Assembly (NCBI GenBank): GCA_963748015.1
Contig: CAVVHE010000009.1
Span: forward strand, 573,205-637,204
DNA from: Terriglobia bacterium
GTDB taxonomy: Bacteria > Acidobacteriota > Polarisedimenticolia > Polarisedimenticolales > JAIQFR01
Length of the DNA stretch: 64,000 nucleotides
Reading direction: 5' to 3'
Below, piece after piece: positions 17,567 through 30,163 of the stretch (within the stretch, counting starts at the first letter, position 1; each line of letters opens with the position of its first letter). The notes beneath the pieces were generated by a model, which had not been told where the DNA came from, searched no databases, and worked only from the letters and a program-made list of their open reading frames with translations. A program made the position numbers and the translations under genes.

Positions 17567-18396
17567 CCTTAGCGCCCGATCGTGTCTTTGAGCCCGGCAC
17601 CGGCTCGCATCGGGCCCGTGGGTCCCGTGCGGCGACCTCCCTCGGCGACGACCCGCATCGGCCGCGCGAAGGGTCGAGCAAGCGCGATGGCGCGGACCCT
17701 AGCGCCATCGCGCTCGACCCTTCACGCGGCCGTGCAGGGGTCCCCGTCGCCTCGGGCATTGTCGCCGCACGGGACCCACGGGCCCGATGCGAGCCGGCGG
17801 AGGCGCCGACGCCGGCCCTCTCGGGGGTTGCTGTCCCTCGCCCGGCGTGGAAGCTCGAGGCGATCGCGGGAAGGCTCGCGGAGGTGTCGGCGGGGGCGGC
17901 GGGGGCGCCGCTGACGGCGGCGTTCCGGCTGGTGCTCGAGGCGCAGCGGCGGCGGGAGCCGGTCGCGTGGATCGGGCGAAAGGAGTCGCCGTTCTTCCCG
18001 CCGGACGTCGCCGAGGCGGGGATCGACCTGGCCGCGCTGCCGGTGGTGTGGGCGCCCGACGCGACGGCTGCCGCGGGGGCCGCCGACCTTCTCGTGCGCT
18101 CGGGGGCGTTCGGCCTCGTCGTGATCGATCTCGGCGCGCGCGAGAGCTTCCCGATCCCCGTGCAGGCGCGCTTGGCCGGGCTCGCGCGGCAGCACGGCGC
18201 CGCGGTCGTCTGCCTCACGGAGAAGGAGGACGGGCGCGCCTCGATGGGCTCGCTGGTCGCGGTGCGCGCGCACGCGGCGCGGGCGGGGCGCGAGAAGGAT
18301 CGCTACCGCTGCGAGACGCGCGTCCTCAAGGACAAGGGGGGCCGCCCGGGGGGGCGGCACGCGGAGGTTTGCCGTGGACCGGACGGCCTGCATTGA
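17563..18396 (+). CDS. imuA: ImuA-type RecA-like protein with an in-frame N-terminal palindromic insertion
   Basis: GRLAEVS...PVAWI...FFPPDVAEAGIDLAAL...LLVRSGAFGLVVID; no intact Walker A; ATGA overlap with lexA; upstream of imuB. Confidence 0.8.
   Translation: MTLAPDRVFEPGTGSHRARGSRAATSLGDDPHRPREGSSKRDGADPSAIALDPSRGRAGVPVASGIVAARDPRARCEPAEAPTPALSGVAVPRPAWKLEAIAGRLAEVSAGAAGAPLTAAFRLVLEAQRRREPVAWIGRKESPFFPPDVAEAGIDLAALPVVWAPDATAAAGAADLLVRSGAFGLVVIDLGARESFPIPVQARLAGLARQHGAAVVCLTEKEDGRASMGSLVAVRAHAARAGREKDRYRCETRVLKDKGGRPGGRHAEVCRGPDGLH
17600..17797. repeat. Coding palindromic element, copy A (in imuA)
   Basis: 37-bp perfect inverted repeat 17600-17636 / 17761-17797 enclosing a long inner hairpin; core shared with 23531-23714. 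Confidence 0.95.
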
Positions 18397-19861
18397 TCTT
18401 CCCGGGTTCCCGCTGCAGCTCCTGCTGCTGCGGCACCCGGACTGGCGCGAGCACCCCGCCGCGGTCGTCGAGGCGGACAAGCCGCAGGGGATCGTGCTCT
18501 GGGTGAACGAGCGGGCGCGCGCGCTGCGGGTCCTGCCGGGGATGCGTTACGCCGCGGGGCTTTCTCTGGCGCCGGGGCTCAGGGCCGGTGTCGTGTCCGG
18601 GGAGGAGATCCGCGAGGGTGTTACAGCGCTCGCCGAGAGGTTCCGCAAGTTCACGCCGAACGTCGAGCCGTCGGCCGACGAGCCCGGCGTGTTCTGGCTC
18701 GACGCGCGCGGGCTCGAGCGGCTGTTCCCTTCCATGGACGAGTGGGCGGGCCGGCTGCACGCGGAGGCCGGGCGGGCGGGCTTTACGGCGAACGTCGTCG
18801 TGGGCTTCAAGCGCTTCGGCACCTACGCGCTCGCGAAGGCGCACCGCGGCGTCCACGTCCTGAAGAACGCGGCGGAGGAGTGCCAGGGGGCGCGCGCCGT
18901 TCCGCTCGACCGCCTGGCCCTGCCCCCCGCGGCGCGGGACGCGCTCGCCCGCCTCGGGATCGCGACGGTCGGCGGGTTCACCGATCTCCCCGAGGGCGGG
19001 ATCGCGACGCGCTTCGGCCCCGACGTGCGCCGGCTGCACCGGCTCGCGTCCGGCGACCTCGAGGTGCCCCTTCAGCCCGAGCGGCCCGACGTTCCCGCGA
19101 TGCGCCGCCTGATCCTCGACCATCCCGACGAGGACGCGGGGCGCCTGATCGCGGCGGTCGAGGGGATGCTGGGGCCCCTCCTCGACGAGGTCGCCGAGAA
19201 GGGGAGAGCGCTCGCGGAGCTGACGCTGGGCCTGAGGTTCGAGCGGCTGGGCGACCACGTCGAGAAGCTGAGGCCGGCGTCCCCCTCGCTCGACGCGGGG
19301 ATCCTCATGGAGCTGGTGCGGCTCCGGCTCCAGGCGTTGCGGAAGCTTCCCGACCGCGTGGCCGAGGTGGTCCTCGCGGCCGGCGAGACCGAGGCGGCGC
19401 CTCGCCGGCAGCGGCTCTTCCCCGAGGCGGGCGGGCGCGACCTCGCCGCCGCGAACCGGGCGCTGGCGCGCCTGCGCGCGCGCCTCGGCGACGACGCGGT
19501 GGTGCGCGCGCGGCCGCGCGACGCGCACCTCCCCGAGGCGAGCTTCGCCTGGGAGCGGCTCGAAACGCTCGGCGACGCGGCGCCGAGACCCGTGGACGAG
19601 CCGCGCATGATCCGGCGGATCCACGCGCACCCGCGCCCGCTCCCGCCCCGCGAGCGGCACGAGCCCGACGGCTGGATGCTGCGCGGCCTCGAGCAGGGGC
19701 CGGTGGTGCGCGTCCTCGGCCCCTACGTCGTCTCCGGCGGCTGGTGGGAGCGCCCCGCGCACCGCGACTACCACTTCGCCGAGACGAAGGACGGCGAGAT
19801 CCTCTGGGTGTTCTACGACCGCATGGCGAGGCGGTGGTTTCTGCAGGGGAGGGTGGAATGA
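18374..19861 (+). CDS. imuB: ImuB, inactive Y-family DNA polymerase
   Basis: ACIDLPGFPLQ, VNERARALRVLPGM, FTPNVE, WLDARGLERLF, C-terminal GPYVVSGGWW...RDYHF...LWVFYD...WFLQG. Confidence 0.9.
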   Translation: MDRTACIDLPGFPLQLLLLRHPDWREHPAAVVEADKPQGIVLWVNERARALRVLPGMRYAAGLSLAPGLRAGVVSGEEIREGVTALAERFRKFTPNVEPSADEPGVFWLDARGLERLFPSMDEWAGRLHAEAGRAGFTANVVVGFKRFGTYALAKAHRGVHVLKNAAEECQGARAVPLDRLALPPAARDALARLGIATVGGFTDLPEGGIATRFGPDVRRLHRLASGDLEVPLQPERPDVPAMRRLILDHPDEDAGRLIAAVEGMLGPLLDEVAEKGRALAELTLGLRFERLGDHVEKLRPASPSLDAGILMELVRLRLQALRKLPDRVAEVVLAAGETEAAPRRQRLFPEAGGRDLAAANRALARLRARLGDDAVVRARPRDAHLPEASFAWERLETLGDAAPRPVDEPRMIRRIHAHPRPLPPRERHEPDGWMLRGLEQGPVVRVLGPYVVSGGWWERPAHRDYHFAETKDGEILWVFYDRMARRWFLQGRVE

Positions 19862-19935
19862 TGAGCCGGAACAACTTGTCGGCGCTCGTCTGGAACGCGA
19901 AGCGACCGGTGTGGATCCTGTGGAGGGACGACACG

Positions 19936-20211
19936 ATGGCGACGAGCTACAAGAGCTGCCAGAGCTGCGGCATGCCTCTGAGCAAGGACGAGAAGGGAGG
20001 CGGCACCAACGCCGACGGGAGCCGGAGCCGCACGTACTGCAGCCATTGCTTCGCGGACGGGCGCTTCGCAGAGCCCGGCATCACCGCCGGCGAGATGCAG
20101 GCCCTCGTGAAGGGGAAGCTGCGAGAGATGGGCTTCCCGGGCTTCGTGGGCTGGTTCTTCGCGCGGAAGATCCCGAAGCTCGCGCGTTGGAGCGGGAGAC
20201 GCGCGGAGTGA
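19936..20211 (+). CDS. Zinc-ribbon protein (Zn_ribbon_2-like)
   Basis: CQSCGMPL...GTNADGSRS..YCSHCF..G.F...IPKLARW; GGAGG RBS. Confidence 0.88.
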   Translation: MATSYKSCQSCGMPLSKDEKGGGTNADGSRSRTYCSHCFADGRFAEPGITAGEMQALVKGKLREMGFPGFVGWFFARKIPKLARWSGRRAE

Positions 20212-20362
20212 CCACGGGCAGGCAGCCGCGCCCGGAGAGCCGGATGGCGATGGGCGAGCCCGACAATACGTGTTTCCAGGACGCAACGCATCGGGCCTCG
20301 GCGGGTTGCAGGTTGGGGTATGGCATGGCGATCATCCCGCGGATGTTGCCCGGCCCGCCGGG

Positions 20363-20461
20363 AACGAGGCTGCGGTTTTGAAATCACAGACTGTGATCTC
20401 AAAGTCGAGACGCGGCGGCCGGCGCCACGCGCCATGGGTGTTCACGGGGCATGGCACCATC
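20363..20461 (+). pseudogene. Orphan internal fragment of a second ORF6N gene
   Basis: [33 protein letters not shown] parallels [34 protein letters not shown] of the downstream gene. Confidence 0.7.
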
Positions 20462-20486
20462 GAGGCTGAATCGCAGGAGCTTGGCC

Positions 20487-21041
20487 ATGGCGGGTGAGAA
20501 AAAGGTCGCGCGACGAGTGAGGCCTGCTCTGATCCCTTCGGAGCGCATCGAGCGCGCGATCCTCGTTCTTCGCGGCCACAAGGTCATGCTTGATGAACAA
20601 CTGGCTGCACTGTACGAGGTCCAAGTCAAGGTGCTGAACCAGGCGGTGAAACGCAACATCGAGCGCTTTCCCGAGGATTTCATGTTCCAACTCACCCCCG
20701 AAGAGGCGGAGTCTTTAAGGTCACAAACTGTGACCTTAGAAACCGGACGCGGACAACATCGAAAGTACCAGCCCTACGCCTTTACCGAGCAGGGAGTGGC
20801 AATGCTCTCCAGCGTCCTGCGCAGCCAACGCGCCGTCCGAGTCAACATCGAGATCATGCGGGCCTTTGTTCGCCTCCGCCGCATGCTTTCGAACCACGCG
20901 GCGCTCGCCCGCAAGCTTGCCGAGCTGGAGCAGCGCTACGACGTGCAGTTTCGTGCTGTCTTCGACGCCATCCGGGAATTGATGGCGCCGTCCGGTACGC
21001 CACGCAAGCGGATCGGTTTCGTGACCAAGAATGGTGCGTGA
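20487..21041 (+). CDS. ORF6N (KilA-N-like) DNA-binding domain protein
   Basis: [17 protein letters not shown]...[21 protein letters not shown]...[18 protein letters not shown]...RKRIGF; AGGAG RBS. Confidence 0.93.
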   Translation: MAGEKKVARRVRPALIPSERIERAILVLRGHKVMLDEQLAALYEVQVKVLNQAVKRNIERFPEDFMFQLTPEEAESLRSQTVTLETGRGQHRKYQPYAFTEQGVAMLSSVLRSQRAVRVNIEIMRAFVRLRRMLSNHAALARKLAELEQRYDVQFRAVFDAIRELMAPSGTPRKRIGFVTKNGA

Positions 21042-21080
21042 GGAAGCCTTCGGAGAATTCATGGGGTATCGGCGACTCCC

Positions 21081-24467
<3,387 letters not shown>

Positions 24468-24525
24468 GCGGGAGGGCATGCGCTACCATGGCGCCGACCG
24501 GGCCGGAAGAGGAGGACGCCGACCG

Positions 24526-24891
24526 ATGAAGCCGATCCTGCACCTGCTGATCAACGCTGCCGCGCTCTGGGCCGCGGTGCTCATCGTCCCCGGAATCACC
24601 TACGACCGCAGGCTGATGCCGATGCTCGGCGTGGCCCTGGTGTTCGGTCTCGTGAACGTGCTGGTCAAGCCGATCGCGACGCTCCTGAGCTTGCCGTTCG
24701 TCATCATGACGCTCGGCCTGTTCCTGCTCGTGATCAACGCCGCGATGCTGTGGCTGACCAGCGTGCTCTCGGGAAAGCTCGGGCTCCACTTCCACGTCGC
24801 CGGTTTCGTCCCGGCGGTCCTCGGCTCGATCGTGGTCAGCTTCGTGAGCCTGGTGCTCTCCGCGTTCGTGAAGAGCGGAAAGGGCGGCTAA
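24526..24891 (+). CDS. Membrane protein, phage holin_4_2 / YvlD family
   Basis: FGLVNVLVKPI...LSLPFVIMTLGLFLLVINAAML; GAGGAGG RBS. Confidence 0.88.
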   Translation: MKPILHLLINAAALWAAVLIVPGITYDRRLMPMLGVALVFGLVNVLVKPIATLLSLPFVIMTLGLFLLVINAAMLWLTSVLSGKLGLHFHVAGFVPAVLGSIVVSFVSLVLSAFVKSGKGG

Positions 24892-25481
24892 GCGCTCGCC
24901 GGGGGCGGGGATCCGCCCTCGCGGTTCCGGCGGGCGGCGAGCCGGCGCACGAGAAGCACGGCGAGCGTGAGGGAGACGGCCAGGAGCAGCACGCACGCCA
25001 CCGGGACCACGACGGCGAGCGTGGCGGTCACGGCCGCTCCGATCCACTCGAGGGTCGCGACGACCGGATTGCCGAGGCCGCCGGTCAGCGCGGTCGACTT
25101 CACGCGGAGCAGCACCGTCGCTCCCTGGACCCCGGCCGCCGCCCCGCCGCCCGCGATGATCGCGACGGCCCAGCGCACCTGGGGCGGGACGTCCACGAGC
25201 ACCGACGCGCTGGCCACGATTCCCGCCAGAACCGCCGCGGGGGTCGCGATCGTGTCCAGGACGTGGTCGAGCCAAAGGACGTAATACGCGACGACCTCGA
25301 CCGCCGTCGCCGTCGCGAACGCGACGAGGGCCGGGGTGCCCGCCATCCACTGGAAGCCGCCGGCGAGCGTGACGAAGCCGAAGCGCGCGGCGACCGAGAC
25401 GGCGAGCAGCGGAACGAAGACCCGGAACCCGCACGCGGCCGCGAGTCCGACCCCGAGACAGGCGGCGATCAGGGTGTCCAT
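24888..25481 (-). CDS. DUF4126 membrane protein
   Basis: GVGLAAACGFRVFVPLL...EVVAYY..WLDHVLD...TGGLGNPVVATLE. Confidence 0.88.
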   Translation of the reverse strand: MDTLIAACLGVGLAAACGFRVFVPLLAVSVAARFGFVTLAGGFQWMAGTPALVAFATATAVEVVAYYVLWLDHVLDTIATPAAVLAGIVASASVLVDVPPQVRWAVAIIAGGGAAAGVQGATVLLRVKSTALTGGLGNPVVATLEWIGAAVTATLAVVVPVACVLLLAVSLTLAVLLVRRLAARRNREGGSPPPASA

Positions 25482-25491
25482 GCGGCCGGGG

Positions 25492-25944
25492 TCAGAGGTA
25501 GTTGTCGGTCAGGACGCGGTCGAAGAGCCGCTGCATCTCCTCCTCGCCGCTCACGAGCCGCAGGCGGTGGTGGAAGCATGCCTTTCGCTCGCACCCCTCG
25601 ACGAAGCCCCCGTGCGGCAGGCGCAGCACGAACATCGGCGCCGAGCAGATGCCGCAGCGATCCGACGCCGACTGGAGCGACACGCCGCACCGCGGGCAGG
25701 AGAGCTCCACCACGACGCCGTCGGCGAGGGTCCCCTCGATCACGTTGTCGTACCGGCCGTAGAACGGGTCCACGTGGAGGTGGCCCTCGCCCCCGGCATG
25801 GCGGTAGACCAGGTGGATCGAGGGCTCGCCGTGGATCGGCACCCCGGCGTCCATCAGGTCGCAACCCTTGGGGCAGCGGGCGTGCCGGACGAGCAGGCTG
25901 CCGGCGGGTACGTCGATCTCGATGCGCTCGCCTTCGTCGTGCAT
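25492..25944 (-). CDS. Hypothetical Cys/His-rich (probable Zn-binding) protein
   Basis: CPKGC, CPRC, CGIC, CERKACFHH; GAGGAGG RBS. Confidence 0.7.
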   Translation of the reverse strand: MHDEGERIEIDVPAGSLLVRHARCPKGCDLMDAGVPIHGEPSIHLVYRHAGGEGHLHVDPFYGRYDNVIEGTLADGVVVELSCPRCGVSLQSASDRCGICSAPMFVLRLPHGGFVEGCERKACFHHRLRLVSGEEEMQRLFDRVLTDNYL

Positions 25945-26023
25945 GTCGTGCCTCCTCGTGGGGGTCGAGGCCGCTCTTTCCGGAGACCGCGCGCCGGGGC
26001 ACCGCGCGTTCCCGCCGGTGCGG

Positions 26024-26536
26024 CTACTTCCTGCGCCGGTACTTGAAGACCTCCGAGCTCTCCTGGCCCTTCGCCTTCCACGCCCACGACTGCGAGAAGC
26101 GGTCGGGCCCGTCGAAGGTCACCGTCAGCCCGTGCATGTGCCCGTCGTCGGGCGACTTCAGGTTCGTGGCGTCGAGGTACTTGAACGTCAGCGTGCTCGG
26201 GTCGGCCGACGCCTCCGCGACCATGCGCGGCTGGTTTCCCGCGCCGCAGTAGTGCGTCATCATCAGCTTGGCGCCGTCGAGGTGGTAGATCGTCACCATC
26301 GCGTCCGGCTCCTTCCCGTAGCTCATCGTCTCGACGATCGCCGACCCGCTCGACACGACCTTGTAGGTCACCGTCGTGACGGCCCCGTCGTCATGCTTGT
26401 TTTCCCAGGTGCCGACGAGCGACTTGAGCTTTTCGAAGCCCGCCTGGCCCGAAGGCTGCGCGAGGGCCGCGACGGTCGAGATCGCGATCACGGGGAGAAG
26501 CGCCGAAAATCTATGGGCAAGGACATGGGTCCTCAT
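26024..26536 (-). CDS. Hypothetical secreted protein (lipocalin/DUF1579-like beta-barrel)
   Basis: Signal peptide, FEKLKSLVGTW, MTHYCGAGNQPRM, GHMH; AGGAGG RBS. Confidence 0.75.
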   Translation of the reverse strand: MRTHVLAHRFSALLPVIAISTVAALAQPSGQAGFEKLKSLVGTWENKHDDGAVTTVTYKVVSSGSAIVETMSYGKEPDAMVTIYHLDGAKLMMTHYCGAGNQPRMVAEASADPSTLTFKYLDATNLKSPDDGHMHGLTVTFDGPDRFSQSWAWKAKGQESSEVFKYRRRK

Positions 26537-26684
26537 GGGGTCCTCCTTTTCCTAGGTCCACGCATTCTAATGCAGTTCGCCGCGCCGGGCTCCGGAACGG
26601 TTTCCCGCGGCCCGACTTGCGTTTCCGACAAGGCCGGCGTAGAAGCAGCGCTGGGACGGCTGGGCAATCCCGACTCGAGGAGCC

Positions 26685-27110
26685 ATGACCGACAAGCCAC
26701 GGACCCGCGCACGATCGCGGAGAGCGAAACTCCGCAAGAGCCACGAGCCGCCGCCGGTCGTCGCCAAGCTGGGATGGCGGTACCACCATCTCGGCATCCC
26801 GACCGGCGCCAGGCGCCGAGGCGAGACGCATCTCGAGAAGTACGGCCTCCACGTCACGGGTTTTCCTACGAGCCCGTACGGCATCGAGTGGATGCGGTTC
26901 GACGAGGACAGCCCGGTCCACCCGCTCATCAAGACGCTGCCGCACGTCGCGTTCGAGGTGGACGACCTCGAAGCGGCGCTGGAGGGACAGGAGGTCATCG
27001 GCGCGCCCGGTTCGCCGTCCAAGGACGTCCGCTCGGCGATGATCGTCGTGGACGGCGCGCCGGTGGAGCTCATCTGGTTCAGGAAGCCGGCGAGGCGAGA
27101 CAAGAAGTAG
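26685..27110 (+). CDS. VOC/glyoxalase-fold protein
   Basis: YHHLGIPT, IEWMRF, PHVAFEVDDLEAAL, GAPVELI. Confidence 0.8.
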   Translation: MTDKPRTRARSRRAKLRKSHEPPPVVAKLGWRYHHLGIPTGARRRGETHLEKYGLHVTGFPTSPYGIEWMRFDEDSPVHPLIKTLPHVAFEVDDLEAALEGQEVIGAPGSPSKDVRSAMIVVDGAPVELIWFRKPARRDKK

Positions 27111-27192
27111 CGCCGCGGTCGCCGCCGGTCCTTCTCGAGACAGGGTAGACTTGCGGGGCGGGGCCGTCCGGCCCCGCAAGGGAGACGACGCC

Positions 27193-27609
27193 ATGCCGAA
27201 CCCCGATCCGCATCCCGCCGAGGTGCTCGACGTGCTCCGCCGCCAAGGCCCCAAGACCCGCATCGCGGTGGCCGGCGCCAGCAAGGATCCGTCGAAGTAC
27301 GGGAACATCATCGTGCGGAACCTCAAGGAGAAGGGATACACCGTGCTTCCGGTGAACCCCAAGGAGGACACGATCGAGGATCTTCCGGTCGCCCACTCGG
27401 TCGCGGAGCTCACGAAGCCGGTAGACATCCTGGTCGTGGTCACGCCGCCCCCGGTGACGCTCGGCGTGCTGCGCCAGGCGGCCGAAGCGGGACTCCCCGC
27501 CGTGTGGCTCCAGGACGGGAGCTTCGACGACGCCGTGCTGGAGCTCGCCGCGGCCTCGCCGTTCAAGACCGTCCATCACGCTTGCGTCATGGTGGTGAGC
27601 AACTACTGA
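27193..27609 (+). CDS. CoA-binding protein (YccU-like)
   Basis: IAVAGASKDPSKYG...VLPVNP...VWLQDG...ACVMV. Confidence 0.9.
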   Translation: MPNPDPHPAEVLDVLRRQGPKTRIAVAGASKDPSKYGNIIVRNLKEKGYTVLPVNPKEDTIEDLPVAHSVAELTKPVDILVVVTPPPVTLGVLRQAAEAGLPAVWLQDGSFDDAVLELAAASPFKTVHHACVMVVSNY

Positions 27610-27622
27610 CCGCGTCCACCGG

Positions 27623-29143
27623 GTGAGCCGCTCCTCGATGGGTCCAACTCCACGACACCGCGAGCGCCTTCTCGTCGCGGCGCTCTGCGCCGTCGCGGCG
27701 GTCCGGGTCCTCGTGCTCGCCGCCGCGTTCCCGCTGTTCGACAACGTGGACGAGACCTCTCACTTCGATCTCGTCTACCGCTACTCGCGCGGCGACGTCC
27801 CCCGCGGGCTCGCGCCGAAGTCCGCCGAGGCGGTGCGGATCATCCGGTACAGCAAGACGTGGGAGTACGTGGACACGCCGCAGAGCTTCCCGGGCGGACG
27901 GACGCCGCCGCCGGGTTGGGCCGTGCCGCGGGCGGTACTGGACCGGGCGCTCGCGGCCGCGGTGGCGGAGGACGCGACACTCACCAATGCCGAGGGGACG
28001 CAGCAGCCGCTCTACTACTTCCTCGCCGGCGCGTGGTACCGCTTGGGAGAGCTTCTCGGCCAGAGGCAGGGGTTCGGCCCCTACTGGATCCGCTTCCTGA
28101 ACGCCCCGCTCGTCGCACTCATGGTCTGGGTCGTGTACCTCGTCGCGGGAGCGCTCGTTCCCGGCGCCACGACGGTGCGCCTCGGTGCGACGGTCCTCGC
28201 GGCCTTCTTCCCGCAGGACGCGTTTCTCTCGATCGGCAACGACGTCCTCGCGCCCGTGATGGTCGGCCTGGCCTTCCTCGCCCTGGTCAAGCTGGTGGAT
28301 GGCGAGCCGAGGGGGATCGCGCCGCACGTGCTTGCCGGCCTCGCGGTCTCGGCGAGCGTCCTGGCCAAGCTGACCAACGTTCCGGTTCTCGGCGTCGCCG
28401 CGGCCGTCGCGGCGGTCGAGCTGCTCGACGCCCGAAGGAGCGGGAAGTCGAGCGCGGCGTGGCCGCGGGTCGTGGCGCTCGCCGCGGCGATCGTGCTCCC
28501 GGCGGGGCTCTGGGCGGCGCGCAACCACGCGATCCTCGGCAACTTCACCGGCATGCCGCAGAAGGCGGCGCGGCTCGACTGGACGCCGAAGCCGCTCGGC
28601 GAGGTGCTCGACCACCCGATCTTCACGCCGTCGGGCCTCTGGCACTTCCTCGACGGACTGCTCGCGAGCTTCTGGAGAGGGGAGTTCTACTGGCACGGGG
28701 AGCGCCTGGCCTGGGTGGGGACCGACGTGTTCTACGTTCTTTCCTCTCTCCTGCTCCTCTCGGTAGCCGCGTTCGCGGTCCTGGGGCGCCGGCGGAAGGG
28801 CGCTCGCGACGGACGCTTCGGGCTTCGGATGGGGTTGCTGCTCCTGCTGCTCTCCGTGCTCCTCCTCGCCTGGGGGTCCATGGCGTACGACTTCGGCCGC
28901 TGCCGCTATCCGTCGAGGGAGCTTCCGTTCATCACGTCGGGCAGGCTGATGGGAGGCGCGCTGGCGCCGTTCCTCTGCCTCTACGTCCTCGGGCTCGACC
29001 GGCTGCTCTCGCGCTTCGGCGCGGGGCGCGCCGTACTGCCGGTCGTGGCGCTCGTCGCGGCCGCGATCACCGCGGTGGAGCTCGTCCTGGCGCTCGGCGC
29101 CTTCGCGAGCCGGTTCAACTGGTTCCACATGCCGGCCGCCTGA
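27623..29143 (+). CDS. Polytopic membrane protein, DUF2142 / GT-C glycosyltransferase-like
   Basis: PLFDNVDETSHF, QQPLYY, GNDVLA, multiple TM segments; start may be 27638. Confidence 0.7.
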   Translation: MSRSSMGPTPRHRERLLVAALCAVAAVRVLVLAAAFPLFDNVDETSHFDLVYRYSRGDVPRGLAPKSAEAVRIIRYSKTWEYVDTPQSFPGGRTPPPGWAVPRAVLDRALAAAVAEDATLTNAEGTQQPLYYFLAGAWYRLGELLGQRQGFGPYWIRFLNAPLVALMVWVVYLVAGALVPGATTVRLGATVLAAFFPQDAFLSIGNDVLAPVMVGLAFLALVKLVDGEPRGIAPHVLAGLAVSASVLAKLTNVPVLGVAAAVAAVELLDARRSGKSSAAWPRVVALAAAIVLPAGLWAARNHAILGNFTGMPQKAARLDWTPKPLGEVLDHPIFTPSGLWHFLDGLLASFWRGEFYWHGERLAWVGTDVFYVLSSLLLLSVAAFAVLGRRRKGARDGRFGLRMGLLLLLLSVLLLAWGSMAYDFGRCRYPSRELPFITSGRLMGGALAPFLCLYVLGLDRLLSRFGAGRAVLPVVALVAAAITAVELVLALGAFASRFNWFHMPAA

Positions 29144-29179
29144 TCGGCAGCCGGGTGCCTTTTCGGCCGCGCGTCCCCG

Positions 29180-29185
29180 TATAAT
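29180..29185 (+). promoter_or_regulatory. Candidate -10 box of the sugar ABC operon
   Basis: Perfect TATAAT in a GC-rich intergenic region 60 bp before the ATG; no clear -35. Confidence 0.45.
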
Positions 29186-29245
29186 CGGGCGCCCCGGGCG
29201 TCCCGGCGCGAAAGGCCGCGCGGGATCCTCCGGGCGGGGAGCGCC

Positions 29246-30163
29246 ATGCCACGCCAGGCCGTCTCGTTCCTGCTGGTCCTCGCCATCGCCGCCGCGCTGT
29301 CGTGCGGCGGGACGGCCGATGCGCCGAACGGCGGCAAGGTCGTCGGCGTCACGCTCCTCACCCGGGGCCACCTCTTCTATCGCGACCTCGAGGAAGGGCT
29401 CGTCGCCGAGGCGGCGAAGGACGGCTACCGGCTCGTCGTGACGTCGGCGGACTTCGACCTCGGGAAGCAGGCCGCGCAGATCGAGGACTTCGTCGCGCGG
29501 AAGGTGGATGCGATCGTCGTGTGCCCCGTGGACTCGAAGGGGGTCGGCCCGGCGATCCGGCGGGCCAACGCCGCGGGGATCCCGGTGTTCACCGCCGACA
29601 TCGCCGCGCAGGAGGGGGACGTCGTCTGCCACATCGCGTCCGACAACGTGGCCGGCGGCAGGCTGGCCGGCGAGTACCTCGCGAAGCTCCTTCGCGGCAA
29701 GGGCAAGATCGCGATCGTGAACCAGCCGGCGATCACGTCGGTCCTCGACCGCGTGGAAGGGTTCCGGCAGGCGGTGTCGAAGTTCCCGGAACTCGCGATC
29801 GTCGCCGACGTGAACGGGCAGGGGGTCCGCGACCGCGCGCTCGAGGTCGCGGCCGACGTCCTGCAGGCCCACCCCGACCTCGACGGGATCTTCGGGATCA
29901 ACGACGACTCGGCGCTCGGGGCGATGGACGCCGCGCGGCAGCTCGCGCGGGAGCGGGTCGCGATCGTCGGGTACGACGCCACCCCGCCCGCGGTGGACGC
30001 GATCCGGAAGGGATCGCCGCTCAAGGCGGACGTGATCCAGTACCCGCGGAAGATCGGCGCCGCGACCGTCGAGATGATCCGCCGCCACTTCGCGGGGGAG
30101 ACGCTCCCGAAGACGCTGCCGGTCGAGGTGGGCATCGTGGATCGCGCCGCCCTGGAACAATGA
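29246..30163 (+). CDS. Sugar ABC transporter substrate-binding lipoprotein (RbsB-like)
   Basis: Lipobox ALSC; GIPVFTAD, IASDNVAGG, GIFGINDDSALGA, IVGYDA. Confidence 0.9.
   Translation: MPRQAVSFLLVLAIAAALSCGGTADAPNGGKVVGVTLLTRGHLFYRDLEEGLVAEAAKDGYRLVVTSADFDLGKQAAQIEDFVARKVDAIVVCPVDSKGVGPAIRRANAAGIPVFTADIAAQEGDVVCHIASDNVAGGRLAGEYLAKLLRGKGKIAIVNQPAITSVLDRVEGFRQAVSKFPELAIVADVNGQGVRDRALEVAADVLQAHPDLDGIFGINDDSALGAMDAARQLARERVAIVGYDATPPAVDAIRKGSPLKADVIQYPRKIGAATVEMIRRHFAGETLPKTLPVEVGIVDRAALEQ

Noticed and set aside
24526..24891. Holin as evidence for a prophage
   Set aside because: The YvlD/holin_4_2 family is commonly chromosomal; no phage structural, lysin or integrase genes nearby.
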